From an uncultured virus (IMG/VR IMGVR_UViG_3300037200_000074) (Duplodnaviria > Heunggongvirae > Uroviricota > Caudoviricetes), in the IMG/VR virus record IMGVR_UViG_3300037200_000074: DNA of 64,000 bases; one strand, 5' to 3'. The notes under the pieces were generated by a model. It saw only the letters and a list, made by a program, of their open reading frames with translations. It had not been told where the DNA came from and ran no database searches. This document shows positions 37,621 to 46,323 of the stretch, piece after piece. Both the position numbers and the translations under genes were made by a program. Numbering within the stretch: position 1 is the first letter of the stretch; the number at the start of each line of letters is the position of its first letter.

Positions 37621-38039
37621 TCAAATTTTTGCGCCGTTACACCGTAATGTCCCTGCATCACTTCGATAGTCTCTTCGCCAGGTTCACTGTCGTCAACCCA
37701 CCAGAACGTTTTGACATTGATCATTCGTAAGACGTGGTAGCAAGTGATGCACGGCGCGCAAGTAACTATCGCGGTCAGCGGTACCAGCTGCGTGATGAAA
37801 TCATAGTAGTACTTAGCAGCAGCAGCTACCTCAGCGTGAATACAGCCACACTGGCGTGGAATATTTTTGCACAGATGTGAATAGCCGGCGGTCTCTGAAT
37901 TGTGGCCGCGCGCGACTATGATTCCGTCAGGCAACGTTAATACAGCCCCTACCTTGCGGCGCTTACAAGTAGACTTACGCATCTCTTCACGCAGCGCGAC
38001 GTAAGCAGCGTGTAAGTGAGGGTCCAGATCCCGCTTTAT
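37563..38039 (-). CDS. dCMP deaminase-like protein
   Basis: STCxRRKVGAV, GHN, HAE, PCxxC; frame is open upstream of ATG 37982, start uncertain. Confidence 0.85.
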   Translation of the reverse strand: MKRDLDPHLHAAYVALREEMRKSTCKRRKVGAVLTLPDGIIVARGHNSETAGYSHLCKNIPRQCGCIHAEVAAAAKYYYDFITQLVPLTAIVTCAPCITCYHVLRMINVKTFWWVDDSEPGEETIEVMQGHYGVTAQKFEWLEEQLLRAFSKTRSLAS

Positions 38040-38284
38040 GACAGAGATGGTAACAATTCCTCTCGGTATAAAGCAGTTCGAAGAGCTGACGCTACCGCCC
38101 CGCGCGCCTCGCGCAGCGCGACGTAAGCAACGCTTTCCGTGGCTTCGGTAAGAACTTCAGACACCGGGCCGAGGTCTCGGGCAACGAGTCTCGTCTGGTC
38201 GCAAGTCTGAAGAAGCCATTCACCGCTCGGCAGAGCGATAAGGGTCTGTATGAAGGGCTGTTCAGACAACACGTAGACTTTCAT
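38036..38284 (-). CDS. hypothetical protein
   Basis: 82 aa ORF. Confidence 0.5.
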   Translation of the reverse strand: MKVYVLSEQPFIQTLIALPSGEWLLQTCDQTRLVARDLGPVSEVLTEATESVAYVALREARGAVASALRTALYREELLPSLS

Positions 38285-38327
38285 GAGCCTAGCGTTCGGT
38301 AGCTAGCTCTTGAAACCCTGCCTATAT

Positions 38328-38519
38328 CTACGGAGCGTCAGTAATTGAATTAGGCGGGGCTAACACAGTAGCTATCACCGCCCCTACAATTGGTAGACTG
38401 CTAGTTACCGTACTATCCAACGGATGATGCACTATAGCGAATCCCCAGCTAATCAGAGAACCCACGCCACTACCGCCAAGTGCGCCTATTGCTTTTGAAA
38501 ATCGAGCAAAGAATTTCAT
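38328..38519 (-). CDS. holin candidate
   Basis: 63 aa, two hydrophobic segments, KAI...xPN ending, at end of tail module. Confidence 0.6.
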   Translation of the reverse strand: MKFFARFSKAIGALGGSGVGSLISWGFAIVHHPLDSTVTSSLPIVGAVIATVLAPPNSITDAP

Positions 38520-38520
38520 A

Positions 38521-39999
38521 CTATGCTCCTGGGACCACTGCTGCTATTTTACTGAGGTCTACGCCGCCGTATGCGTTCTGAGGTACCCATGCCGACCAAA
38601 TACAGTTGATACCGCCAGAACCGGGGTCGTTAACGTGCAACACCAGAGAGTGAAACGTATTGTCGTCGGGGATGGAAGTTGACCATGTAAAGGTGCCTGT
38701 AGGTGAAGACTGAGAAGCTATCAACGCCCCGTCGAGGTACACACCTACAAACCCGCCGCTTTGATTGCACATACCGCTTACAGTTTGTGCACCCGCGCCC
38801 GGTTTTACCTTAACGGAGAAGACACCCTCTACAGTTGAAACAACACCTGTACTAACAAACTGATCTCCTAGGAGGGAGCCAACGGGTGAGATGCTAGAGC
38901 CACCTGACAGGAGACTGTTAGTTGACGTCCCGTACTCATACCGAAGGCGATACTGTATGTTCCCCGCAGCGTAACCGCCGGTGGCTGCGATAGACAGGTC
39001 TACCGTGCTGCCAGTGGTGTCCACTGTTACTGAATCGTCTGCAGAGGTGATAGCTGTAATGCCGCTTGACGTTACAGCCTCTAGGTGTATAGTTTGACCA
39101 GTCTTAGTGATGAGTATAGAGTCGTCGGGGCTATCAAGCAAGATAGCTCCGGCCAGTTCTTGAAGAGAAGTTACCTTACCGGACGTATCCGATAGTGAAA
39201 TGACAATTCGACCACCAGTAGTTTGAACTAATATACCATCCCCTTCTTGGATGATAACCGTACCACTCAGATCATTGACAGATTCTACTAAGCCAGTCAC
39301 CCCTATAACAATATTGTTACCCTCTACCGTAATATCTACATTGGCTCCTTCAGTTAGGAGTATGTTTCCAACGAGAGCCTGTAGTGAGGTGACAATGTCT
39401 CCAGAGAACAACTGCGACTTAGGAGTAGGGAACAGAATGGTAGGTACTGCTACGGTAGAATTCTGAGCTACTAATATCGAAGCGAAAGCTTCATAACCCG
39501 CAGGCGTGGCAGGTATAGAGCCACCTGGAGAACCAGCTATGTATGACCACGTCACGCCGAGGTAGTTATCCGGTACTGTTTCGACGGACTGACCGCCGCC
39601 ACTGTCTACAATAGTCTGGGACCGGCCGAAAGCCGGTGTTAGAGTGTACTGAACAAACAGTCCGTCGATACGGTCCGATGAAGTGCTTGCTGCTCCTGCA
39701 GTAAAGTTAACAGTAGGAATGTAATCTGCAAGACGACCTTGAACGAATAGCTTCAGACCCGTGCCACCTACTGTAAGATTCAGACCAGACACAAGCACAG
39801 GTACTGGGTAGTCAGCTACCTGACAGTTGTAGGTACCGAGAATGCCTGCAAGCACGTCTGCAATAGCATTACGCTGGCTCTCAAGATCACTGTTTAGATT
39901 ATCCTGGTCTACGACAAGACCGAGTTCATAGTCTGTAGTGAACTGAGTAGCAAGAGGAGAATTGGGACCGCCTGGCAGCGCGGGATTAGCAGTACTCAT
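38521..39999 (-). CDS. tail fibre protein
   Basis: RIDxxxVQ baseplate-anchor motif; repeated VTSL/VESVNxxxGxxxL units. Confidence 0.75.
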   Translation of the reverse strand: MSTANPALPGGPNSPLATQFTTDYELGLVVDQDNLNSDLESQRNAIADVLAGILGTYNCQVADYPVPVLVSGLNLTVGGTGLKLFVQGRLADYIPTVNFTAGAASTSSDRIDGLFVQYTLTPAFGRSQTIVDSGGGQSVETVPDNYLGVTWSYIAGSPGGSIPATPAGYEAFASILVAQNSTVAVPTILFPTPKSQLFSGDIVTSLQALVGNILLTEGANVDITVEGNNIVIGVTGLVESVNDLSGTVIIQEGDGILVQTTGGRIVISLSDTSGKVTSLQELAGAILLDSPDDSILITKTGQTIHLEAVTSSGITAITSADDSVTVDTTGSTVDLSIAATGGYAAGNIQYRLRYEYGTSTNSLLSGGSSISPVGSLLGDQFVSTGVVSTVEGVFSVKVKPGAGAQTVSGMCNQSGGFVGVYLDGALIASQSSPTGTFTWSTSIPDDNTFHSLVLHVNDPGSGGINCIWSAWVPQNAYGGVDLSKIAAVVPGA

Positions 40000-40006
40000 A
40001 TATCTC

Positions 40007-41254
40007 CTAGTAGTAAGCTATGCGGCCTAAGTATATTGGCATAGTGCCTTCGGCCTTGGTGTCCATTACTATTGCGACTAACCCAGGATCGAAGTACTCT
40101 GGGTTGAATGGTAGGTACTCTACTGTGTTCAGCAGTGTAGTGGTCCTACCCAGATTAGATTGCCCAAGAACCCAGCCCGAACCTGTTGGGAACGGATATG
40201 ACACTTCGATGACAAACTCAGGAGGATTAATATCGTATGTGGCCGCATCAGTAGGATCACTTTGTTTATCCCAAACGGTAACAGTAGGTCGATTGGCGTA
40301 GGTGGTCTCGAAGGTGTTAGCATAGTAATCGTTGAGCCGAGTCTGCATTGCTAGCAGCGTTACCTTAGCTGCGAGGATAGCTGCAAGTATAGCTGCTCTG
40401 AACTGTGTATCGCTACGACCACTCCGCAAGAAAGTAGGTCCAAGATAGTCGAGAGCTATGTTGTCTAGGTTCGCCCCACTAGCGCTGCGGATGCGGGTCT
40501 GATTCTTGACGTAGTCTAGCTGACCTTTGTGACCTGACAATGCAGCAGCAATAGCATATACATAGATGTACGCTATGCCGCCTGGCTGAAGTCCTTCACG
40601 CGACCACCACGGCTTAGGCAGCAAATTAAGTACTCGGTATACAAACTGCTGTACTGTGTACTGAGGAGGCGTTGCATCAATCAACACCTTCATAACAGCT
40701 TGTGTTACTCGTACATCAGACATACGCGTGATGAGAGTCTTAAGAACTGCTTGCGTTACTCTAACATTTGGAGGCACTGATTTGACAAGTGCCTCAAGCA
40801 TAATCTGGGTAGCGTACACATGAGCACGGCCAGCCGTCAATGCTTCTAGAGATACCTGAGTAACTTTAGCACTCGCGTCGCCTGATGCAAGAGCTTCGGC
40901 CATAACCTGAGTAGCTCTAACATAGTTTAATACAAAGCCTGCTACAGGTACAGTAGTCGTGGTACCTGTAGTTTGAACGAAGCGATTACTAGAGTCGTCA
41001 GTAAGTGTGTTACCTCCGCTAGTTAAGAAGTGACCTTGGTTCGAACCTCCTACAAAGTTCTGAGGGGACCCCGGCGCACCCGTCCCGCTGAAGCTAGCTG
41101 TGTACGATGTACCTTGAACTACGCTTATAGCAACAGTTCCAGAACTGTCGGTTACACCGCTTCCAATTGTAGTCATCCCCATAACTACCGTAACCGTTAT
41201 CCCAGCGGGTAATGGGTTAGGTGGTGTTGAAGAGTCTGTGAAAGTAATTGCCAC
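40007..41254 (-). CDS. baseplate wedge (gpI-like) with N-terminal extension
   Basis: QTRIxSASGxNLDxIAxDYLG...SDxxFRxxI motif; five VxxTQxxxxxL repeats. Confidence 0.7.
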   Translation of the reverse strand: MAITFTDSSTPPNPLPAGITVTVVMGMTTIGSGVTDSSGTVAISVVQGTSYTASFSGTGAPGSPQNFVGGSNQGHFLTSGGNTLTDDSSNRFVQTTGTTTTVPVAGFVLNYVRATQVMAEALASGDASAKVTQVSLEALTAGRAHVYATQIMLEALVKSVPPNVRVTQAVLKTLITRMSDVRVTQAVMKVLIDATPPQYTVQQFVYRVLNLLPKPWWSREGLQPGGIAYIYVYAIAAALSGHKGQLDYVKNQTRIRSASGANLDNIALDYLGPTFLRSGRSDTQFRAAILAAILAAKVTLLAMQTRLNDYYANTFETTYANRPTVTVWDKQSDPTDAATYDINPPEFVIEVSYPFPTGSGWVLGQSNLGRTTTLLNTVEYLPFNPEYFDPGLVAIVMDTKAEGTMPIYLGRIAYY

Positions 41255-41307
41255 TAGGTATGCAACTTATTTATGATTAGCAAGAGTGACTGTCATCACT
41301 ACGCTCA

Positions 41308-41910
41308 TCAGTGAGCAACCGGAACTATGGCATGGATGATTGAGAATATGACGGTGACCGCCGAAATGATAAAGCCGCCGAGTCCAACTGCGATCGCAAC
41401 GGTGAGCGTCGTGTTTTGGCGCGTATTATTGACGGTCTTATCGTTGTTGCGCGCTGCCCCTTGCTGCGAGAGTATATAATCACTGACAGGTTTAAGCTGC
41501 GCGGTGAACGCAAGTGTAACGGAAGCGAGGCCCGCATCCACCTTCTCTTGAAGCGCCCGATGGTCGGCTTGCGTAACGTAGTTTCCGCGCTCGCTCCCGA
41601 TTTGAGCGCGCAGATTGTTGGCCTGCTCATCCTTGTAGGTCTGGTATTGGCGTTGCAACGAGAGCGCAGCATCGTCCGCTTTCTCTTTGATCGCCAATGC
41701 TCGTTGGCGTTCCACGTTGAGTTCTTCGTAGCGCCTGTCGCGTTCTTGAAACCATCCAAGTCCGAGTCCGGCGATAGTGATGATGCCCGCGATCGTTAAG
41801 ATTCGATCTGACTCGGATTTGTTCTTTTGGTAGTTCGCCCATAGGCCCTCACCGATTATTACCGCCGGACTTGGTGCGTTTGTCCACGGCGACTCTTTCT
41901 GCTCGATCAC
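41308..41910 (-). CDS. membrane-anchored coiled-coil protein
   Basis: hydrophobic segments near both ends flanking a coiled coil; GGAGG RBS. Confidence 0.65.
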   Translation of the reverse strand: MIEQKESPWTNAPSPAVIIGEGLWANYQKNKSESDRILTIAGIITIAGLGLGWFQERDRRYEELNVERQRALAIKEKADDAALSLQRQYQTYKDEQANNLRAQIGSERGNYVTQADHRALQEKVDAGLASVTLAFTAQLKPVSDYILSQQGAARNNDKTVNNTRQNTTLTVAIAVGLGGFIISAVTVIFSIIHAIVPVAH

Positions 41911-41936
41911 ATACCTCCGCTTCTGTTCCTTTATAG

Positions 41937-43019
41937 TTAGCTGACCAACTCTATCCCAAATTGAGCAACCGCAAAGTCAGAATCAACCCAAGCCACGCCA
42001 GTTATAGGGTTAACTGGAAACTGTCTAACTATGTACTTGTAGTCAGACCCTACTGCAGCGCCTGCGTCAAAATGGTCTGTAGTACCATCACTAATTCCAA
42101 AAGAAACTACGCGAGCAGGCGAGTCATCTTTTCGAACTAGCGCATAACCTGATACACCGTATATCTCGGTTACGTCTGTAAGAGTGGAGGGCTGAGGGCC
42201 TTTGAATAGTTCCTTATTACCGGGCGTGTTGGAACTAACGGTGCTAGTGTCACCGTCAGGCGGTATGTCATTTACTGCTGTCCACGGCTCCCCACTAGTG
42301 CCGCCTGTCTGAATAAAGTCATCTTCATGACCTATCGCATTGGGTGCGATAGGTACAGCTTTCACGTCACCTAAGAAGGAATCTCCAAGAGTCATGCTAG
42401 AAGGGGCGCGAGTGTACGCATCGTCGAAATATTCATTAAAGTTTACGTAATTACTACCACCGTTGACAAAAGCAGATCCGTATATGTTTGGGGTTGAAGA
42501 AGTTGTCACTCCAGTTTCATGAAGCACAACTTGGCCATTCACCATAATTTGAACAGCACCTGCGCCCGAGGCATTCGCAATCAAGTCAACTTCTACGTAC
42601 ACCCACTGCTCAAATGTAAAGGCTAGCGGCGCACTAGCAAATGTAGGTGAACTAGGTGAGGAGTCAAAATTACCTACGTAGTAGCCGATCACACCAAGTG
42701 CGCTTAGAGTTACAGCACCTACAATTTTACCCATCGAATCTAAGAATGTATAGATAGGTGAATTGTTTGTGTAAAAACTATTGCTAGTAGTCTTGATTGC
42801 AAAACCAGCAACCAAACGAGTGTACGGTCCTGTTGGCCACACGTATCCTACATGAGATCCGCCTTCCCCCGCCTGTGCTAGGAAAGCGCATTGACCATAT
42901 CCAAAACGACCTGGACTCACCAGAGACGGAGGGTAGTCACCGTCAACGACGTAAAAGTAGTCACTGAGATTACCCAGTATGTCAAAACCAGTTTGGAAAA
43001 TAAGATCAGTGACAGACAT
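41937..43019 (-). CDS. virion lectin-like (concanavalin-fold) protein
   Basis: GFD..GRFG..WVYVEV..DDxY..FLGD..NP.TG.AW; paralogue of neighbour. Confidence 0.65.
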   Translation of the reverse strand: MSVTDLIFQTGFDILGNLSDYFYVVDGDYPPSLVSPGRFGYGQCAFLAQAGEGGSHVGYVWPTGPYTRLVAGFAIKTTSNSFYTNNSPIYTFLDSMGKIVGAVTLSALGVIGYYVGNFDSSPSSPTFASAPLAFTFEQWVYVEVDLIANASGAGAVQIMVNGQVVLHETGVTTSSTPNIYGSAFVNGGSNYVNFNEYFDDAYTRAPSSMTLGDSFLGDVKAVPIAPNAIGHEDDFIQTGGTSGEPWTAVNDIPPDGDTSTVSSNTPGNKELFKGPQPSTLTDVTEIYGVSGYALVRKDDSPARVVSFGISDGTTDHFDAGAAVGSDYKYIVRQFPVNPITGVAWVDSDFAVAQFGIELVS

Positions 43020-44026
43020 TAACCTGAACTCCCGTCGCTATTAGCATTCTGGACTACTATTTGTATGTTGTCAACATCACCCGGTGCCCAAGCTACACTG
43101 GTGAAAGGGTTCGTGTCTAACACATCAAAGCTGTACTTGTAGTTAGTGGCGGGAACTACACCAGTAGGTTCGAAGATATCAGTCGAGCCATTACTGACAC
43201 CAATGTAATACTTAGCTGGGTCAGTGTCATCTGCTCGCGCAAACACATCAATCTGAACTCCAAGTACACTGTCGGGGTCTTGTGACGGTGCCGCAACAGT
43301 AAACGCTGACTTAGCTCCTGGGGTACGAGTAGCTACATAAGTAGCGTCGTAATCAGGCGTGGGGTCATTAACGCAGTCAGCTCCTATAGACGCACCTACA
43401 GGTGCCCAAGTTGAGATGTGCCCAGCCGACTGAACGAATCGAGTGTCCACTCTCCGAACCCCGGCGAAAGTATTATTATCTCCGGAGGTATCGAACCAAT
43501 AATTATCGTCAATGGTGCCCGCTCCTGATTCCCACTCGTAGTTAAATACCAGAGGGCTGGATGGGTTGGGGATTCCAGTGTTACCCGTTCCACTACCCGC
43601 CGCTGCACCATCAATTTGAAAAGAAACTGTTTGAACACTACCCCACCCTGATACTTCCATTTCAATGTAAGCCCAGGTACCAACAGCTATCAAACCAGGA
43701 GTGCTGCTAGCAATCGGATTATGTGAACTGTCGAATGCTGTAAGTACGCCAGACGAATACTCAAGAGTCATGAGGAGTGTATTGCTTGTAAGTTTTAGGA
43801 TGACTCCGGTAGGATTAATGCAAGCGAAGCCTACAACCAGTCCAGCTGGAGAACTGCCAATAGCATTGACAGTAAGAGATCTCAGTGCCTGAGTAGGGGT
43901 GAAAGAGTTACCACCAAAGCGGCCTGCGTTGGAATTTACTACTCCAGGATTGCCACTAGCTTCGTAGTACAGCGGGTAGAGATCAGCAGTTGCTAGGTGG
44001 TCCCAGCCGTCTATGAAAAGTAACAT
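43019..44026 (-). CDS. virion lectin-like (concanavalin-fold) protein
   Basis: FIDGWD..GRFG..WAYIEM..DDxY..NPFTSVAW. Confidence 0.65.
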   Translation of the reverse strand: MLLFIDGWDHLATADLYPLYYEASGNPGVVNSNAGRFGGNSFTPTQALRSLTVNAIGSSPAGLVVGFACINPTGVILKLTSNTLLMTLEYSSGVLTAFDSSHNPIASSTPGLIAVGTWAYIEMEVSGWGSVQTVSFQIDGAAAGSGTGNTGIPNPSSPLVFNYEWESGAGTIDDNYWFDTSGDNNTFAGVRRVDTRFVQSAGHISTWAPVGASIGADCVNDPTPDYDATYVATRTPGAKSAFTVAAPSQDPDSVLGVQIDVFARADDTDPAKYYIGVSNGSTDIFEPTGVVPATNYKYSFDVLDTNPFTSVAWAPGDVDNIQIVVQNANSDGSSG

Positions 44027-45210
44027 TATGTAAGTGTCACCGTTCCTGCTTGAGCCAGCTGAGTAGGAAGAATATTAAAATCTGCAGTCTCACCGTTGAT
44101 CAGCAAACCAGTGTAAGCAAAGACACAGTTGATTCCATTAATCTGTGTGCTGCCTATTGCATTAGCCGCATCGACGAGCGATACAGGTACCCCGACGCCT
44201 AGCGTATTGGTGTAGCTTGTAAGCGAAGACGTAACGGCTGCAACTACCGCTGCTCGGGTATACCCAGGCGCAGGAGTTATCATAGCCGAGTAATTCACGA
44301 CTACGTTCGTAGGAGCGTGAACTTCAAAAGAAATGCCTAGTGCACGTACTGCATCTATCGCATTGTATATACTGTTACCCGCAACGCCGCGACTACCTAG
44401 TAAGGTAGGTGAGATAGCGCCTGAACCATCGTCTACTACTGCAGTGAAGCCAGCGAAGGGAGTACCATCAAACATCTGGTATTCAATAAGCTGATACGTC
44501 AAGCCTACCTGGACCGAGTCAATAGCTTCTTCAATAGCGGTCTTACAAGCTTTCGACAGCGAACTAATAAACAGTAAGAAGCGAGTCTTTAGTTCGTCAT
44601 CTGTCTCTTCGTCCGAGCCATTGTCGCACGCCGAAGGATTAGTAACAGTAGCTACTCCGACCAGACCACTTACTACTTTGTTTATAGCCCCTGCAGGTAC
44701 GTTACCTGAAGACCCGGCAATCAAAGCTTGAACTCTAACTATGATAGAGTTCTGACCTATGTTGAAGACGTAGTCTCCAGTAGCTATGTCATACGCCGAG
44801 AGTGAAGTATCGGCAACTAACTGAAACTGTACCGCGCCAATGGTAGTAGATACAAGCGCACCGAGGGGCTCATGCACTACGCTAGTGGTGAGATTACGCC
44901 CAAGAGTGACAAGAACTGTGCCGTAGGTAGCAGGGTCACGGCTGAGGCCAAAGTCACCCACAAAGCTATCAACGTCCGGCCCTTCGCTAGTACCTAGCCG
45001 AGCTACATTGTAAACGTAGTAAGCTATGTTCTGGAGAGCTATGTCGTTGCCGGCGGTGGCCTCAGCAAATGCAAGTTCTACAGAGCCTTCAGTAACATCT
45101 GTAATAGGTGAAGGGAAGCCAGGCGGACCAGACAGTAACTGATTGACAAAGTTAGCAACGTATTCGTCGAAGCTCAGTGCAGGAAAAGTATCGACGTACA
45201 TGTTGCTCAA
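44026..45210 (-). CDS. baseplate J-like protein
   Basis: GSVxxA, QAxxAGxxGNV, GSDEETDDELxxRF, VVDDG, AIDAVRxxG. Confidence 0.9.
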   Translation of the reverse strand: MSNMYVDTFPALSFDEYVANFVNQLLSGPPGFPSPITDVTEGSVELAFAEATAGNDIALQNIAYYVYNVARLGTSEGPDVDSFVGDFGLSRDPATYGTVLVTLGRNLTTSVVHEPLGALVSTTIGAVQFQLVADTSLSAYDIATGDYVFNIGQNSIIVRVQALIAGSSGNVPAGAINKVVSGLVGVATVTNPSACDNGSDEETDDELKTRFLLFISSLSKACKTAIEEAIDSVQVGLTYQLIEYQMFDGTPFAGFTAVVDDGSGAISPTLLGSRGVAGNSIYNAIDAVRALGISFEVHAPTNVVVNYSAMITPAPGYTRAAVVAAVTSSLTSYTNTLGVGVPVSLVDAANAIGSTQINGINCVFAYTGLLINGETADFNILPTQLAQAGTVTLT

Positions 45211-45635
45211 TTTGCAAGCCTCACATTACCGACGGTAGGTACAGTACTGTCCGCCAGATAGACAGTGGCGTTCATTGTAACATTAGCACTTAGCTGAGTA
45301 ATCTGTATAACTGAAGGCGGGTCTGCTGCCACACCATCTTCTGCCTGGGCCTGTGCTGCAAAGTTTTGCTGCATCTGACCTTGAATGTTTTTATCCGTTG
45401 GATTGTCTACGTACTGCCTTGCATTGCCGCCGTAGAACGGGTGAAACAAATAATCAGGAAGAGACGTGACTCGGCCAATAGTGTCAATTTTTTGACTGTT
45501 GGTAAGGAAGCGGCGAACTACCCGTTGAAGAACTTTGTCTCCATCAGATACAGTAGCTACGCCACCCTTGGCGTTGAGAACAAAGTCCCCATTCCAAGCA
45601 AGTCCAATACCTGTAGCCATATATATATCAGTCAT
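45207..45635 (-). CDS. baseplate wedge / sheath initiator (gp25-like)
   Basis: QRVxRRxLTN...YLFHPxYG. Confidence 0.75.
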   Translation of the reverse strand: MTDIYMATGIGLAWNGDFVLNAKGGVATVSDGDKVLQRVVRRFLTNSQKIDTIGRVTSLPDYLFHPFYGGNARQYVDNPTDKNIQGQMQQNFAAQAQAEDGVAADPPSVIQITQLSANVTMNATVYLADSTVPTVGNVRLAN

Positions 45636-46323
45636 TCGCCCCCACGGTTGTAGAAGCCTGTGCTTCAGTAATATCAGTGCCCAGAGTTGCACTAGGTGAT
45701 GTTGAAGATGCACCAGACACAACTCCGGGATGAACGTGAGCGTTAAATATACCTATAAACGTGTTCATCTGATCAACTACAGACTGTAAGTCTTCCTGGC
45801 GAACCACACCCTGGTCCGGAAACGTCAGGTCTTCCATGCCAAGCTCGATAAGAGGCGCTACCACAGACGCGTAGCTCGCTCCGATGGCTCGCGCGCCGCC
45901 TGCGCCGTCTCCAGAATCCTTGCCGTCTACGGTCGTCTTGAAAGTATTGCCCTGGGTATCCAGCCATCCCATGGACTTACCGTCCGGGAAGGGTGGAGTT
46001 TCCATGTCATTATTTAAGAAGATGGCTGCAATAGGTACTGAGCCGGCGTGGTCTAAGAAAAGTATAACTGCTTGATTTCCAACCGCCGGAGGGAACTGCA
46101 TGCCGTAGGCAACGCCAGTGAACAGTGTACCTATAGGTAAGAAGCCAGTCTCCTGTTCGGTATCCGTAGCGTCGCGCACCATAGGTAGTGTAAACTTACC
46201 TCGGTTCGTTGCTGGGTCATAGTCCGTCAGTTCTCCCAGTTCAAATTTCATCTGTACGTGCTGCAACGCACCAACTGCAATATGACGGATTAGCTCGGTG
46301 AGCTGACTACCTCCTCGACTCAT
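45628..46323 (-). CDS. baseplate central spike (gpV-like)
   Basis: YDP, TGFLP, PxVGxQ OB-fold motifs; C-terminal FNxHxHxGV metal-binding tip. Confidence 0.85.
   Translation of the reverse strand: MSRGGSQLTELIRHIAVGALQHVQMKFELGELTDYDPATNRGKFTLPMVRDATDTEQETGFLPIGTLFTGVAYGMQFPPAVGNQAVILFLDHAGSVPIAAIFLNNDMETPPFPDGKSMGWLDTQGNTFKTTVDGKDSGDGAGGARAIGASYASVVAPLIELGMEDLTFPDQGVVRQEDLQSVVDQMNTFIGIFNAHVHPGVVSGASSTSPSATLGTDITEAQASTTVGAND

Noticed and set aside
38521..44026. Diversity-generating retroelement or invertible fibre cassette
   Set aside because: No reverse transcriptase, invertase or adenine-mismatched repeat pair recognised.
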